DNA of 38,954 nucleotides. Source: an archaeon. Its GTDB lineage: Archaea > Undinarchaeota > Undinarchaeia > Undinarchaeales > JALTGF01. Each line of letters begins with the position of its first letter. Position 1 is the first letter of the stretch. The notes under the pieces are model-generated. The model saw nothing but the letters and a program-made list of their open reading frames with translations. It had not been told where the DNA came from and did no database searches. Below are positions 38,201 through 38,954 of this stretch, piece after piece. Made by a program: the position numbers and the translations under genes. The DNA lies in the NCBI GenBank assembly GCA_027077325.1, contig JALTGF010000019.1:1-38954 (forward strand). Direction: 5' to 3'.

Positions 38201-38954
38201 TTCTATTTTGCTATAATTTGTAGAAATTAGGCCAATGCGGTCTCCACTGTTGATATTTACATGAGAGATTGTGATATTTTTGCAGTAAGCAGCCGTTATA
38301 TGTTCTGTTTTATTGCTAGCATTGACAACAACATCTGAAACATTGAAAAGATAGATAATAGGGAAGTTATTTACTCTATTTGAAGGAGCCACAGTAACAT
38401 TATAATCTTTGCTATTGCTTCCCAAAACCATAAAGTTTATGCCACTGTTATTGTAGATAGAGTTGTTCGTGAGGCTTACGTGATTCCCAGCCCACCCTAT
38501 TTCGATACCAAATCCATGATTTGAAAAAACAGAATTGTTTTCTATATTTGTTTTAGAGGCATAATCGTTAATGAAGATACCATTTACATTATTATATATC
38601 TTATTGTGGATGATATAGGACGGCTGCCCAAAATAGACATATATGCCATAGGATGAACCATTAGCAATAGTGTTGTTAATGACATTAGTGCTATATACTT
38701 TGTTGAGATCTATATTTTTATCACTACTCTGAGAAATAGTATTATTTACAATTGAGACACCAGATGTGTAATGATAAACATAAACGCCCTTCTTGTTTGA
38801 GTAAATTCTATTATTAGTTACATTGCCATAAGAAGAGTATTTCAAAGCCACCCCACTGCCACCATTTGATTCAAAAGTGTTATTTTTAATTGAAGCATAT
38901 CTGCCATAGTAGGCAGAGATACCACTGCCGCCGTTATGGTTTATAGTTGAGTTT
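35246..38954 (-). CDS. Large cell-surface glycoprotein with parallel beta-helix (NosD/CASH-like) repeats, Ig-like domain and C-terminal TM; 5' end outside the window
   Basis: The frame stays open from 38851 to the window end (NSTINHNGGSGISAYY...). Many NNTI/GIYL repeats and N-x-S/T sequons, GNYWSDYNGTDTNGDGIGD, a Ser/Gly linker, then PTG, TM and a basic tail. Confidence 0.9.
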   Translation of the reverse strand, partial: NSTINHNGGSGISAYYGRYASIKNNTFESNGGSGVALKYSSYGNVTNNRIYSNKKGVYVYHYTSGVSIVNNTISQSSDKNIDLNKVYSTNVINNTIANGSSYGIYVYFGQPSYIIHNKIYNNVNGIFINDYASKTNIENNSVFSNHGFGIEIGWAGNHVSLTNNSIYNNSGINFMVLGSNSKDYNVTVAPSNRVNNFPIIYLFNVSDVVVNASNKTEHITAAYCKNITISHVNINSGDRIGLISTNYSKIEYSNVLNSYQGIYLQGGVHDLTADNNNISSNHHEGIYTDGVYHLNLINNTISNNHKQGIGYGTLHNSYIFNNTFSGNSKGFWVNPSYNNVILNNTIISNSEEGIYLQGGSRYNLIANNTVEYNLYGIRFTYGNYNNVSGNVVANSRSKSGIVLKKSQHNNIVDNIVNSNHRSGIALWSQSSYNNISNNTLSSNNVSGISFDASAQNRVLNNTINSNLDYGVRLYRSSKNMFENNSFNNNGWYSIFINYQCSDCYKLTYYNQTINTTNRANGLPIYYLLNTSGVTFDGNSNPTKCIIAAYSNNLTLKNLNTSGGDPIQIFYSNNTVIDSVDSSNNSQGLNIINSKNVTISNSDFNLNTHHGIYLFNNTGNINITGSTISSNSQDGVFLINSQNTFLVGNTISSNALDGVYAYDSSNNTTIKNNYISSNSRNGVYLYYASNGNTLSENTEVNNTLAGIYLHTSNNNTISNETVLDNGYGILLYFSSNNTIINNNVTNNTYGIFVYNSSSNITDNFTNTSSKGDTLKWTPEYVQGFTGALSDINVTTPGKAHFAITDNILGSTGYALASDFAVRGDFDVQVDFSNISIPNVEDPEFGIEVVPNKLTEDHVTYITRDYCCHNQLYWAVINNYAKYKLKASSDTSGKFRITRSHIGEMYNYSCYYWDNSANRWHLVVNGTFNSSKASWVSSDQYVHLFIGSYSAHPTLSGDFDNFYANNTFYSSYNNTIYNNYIADNNQTNAYNPDAEGQNNWNVTKTPSTNILGGPYIAGNYWSDYNGTDTNGDGIGDVVPYTSEGHISVGGDYAPLVPYTLPKTSSSTSSGGGAAESARTGPTFYVTSPENTTNSTFLVEVQNLDSVTLKDVYLTVTGLPDNITYSVVPSAKSLTPGESLNYSVHLKGINTLSSGNYKLTIIGKDANNLVGASDTTILIIPSVVEKKQRVIPTPVVEPTKEQPTGVSFYTILLLFGIAVLIFVSVLYFQVYLVKRRVY

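Noticed and set aside
35246..38954. CRISPR array or DNA tandem repeats
   Set aside because: The repetition is at protein level (Asn-rich beta-helix). No identical spaced DNA repeats were seen here or elsewhere in the window.

Overview
AT-rich archaeal chromosomal window, probably from a DPANN-like lineage (inferred from gene content and tRNA features). Housekeeping genes: asnS, ftsZ (FtsZ2-like), ATP-dependent DNA ligase, TrmB regulator, sppA, elp3, a degenerate endonuclease V, ileS, pyrF and pyrE. It also has a citrate module (aclB-aclA ATP-citrate lyase, aconitase, isocitrate dehydrogenase, APC permease), a large beta-helix surface protein running off the right edge, and several unknown ORFs, including a ~890-aa protein with about six tandem winged helices. 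There are four tRNA genes, all with introns: Glu(CUC), Glu(UUC) and Leu(UAG) have BHB introns in the T-loop (59/60), and a rare Ile(UAU) has a canonical intron. The best novelty candidate is an isoleucine/AUA locus. An unannotated AUA-rich leader ORF (MIMSTIIETIIIRN) with mutually exclusive RNA pairings lies upstream of ileS, which is followed by an unannotated 54-aa zinc-ribbon gene and the AUA-reading tRNA-Ile(UAU). This looks like ribosome-mediated leader-peptide control in an archaeon, but that is inference. No CRISPR array, rRNA or transposase was seen.
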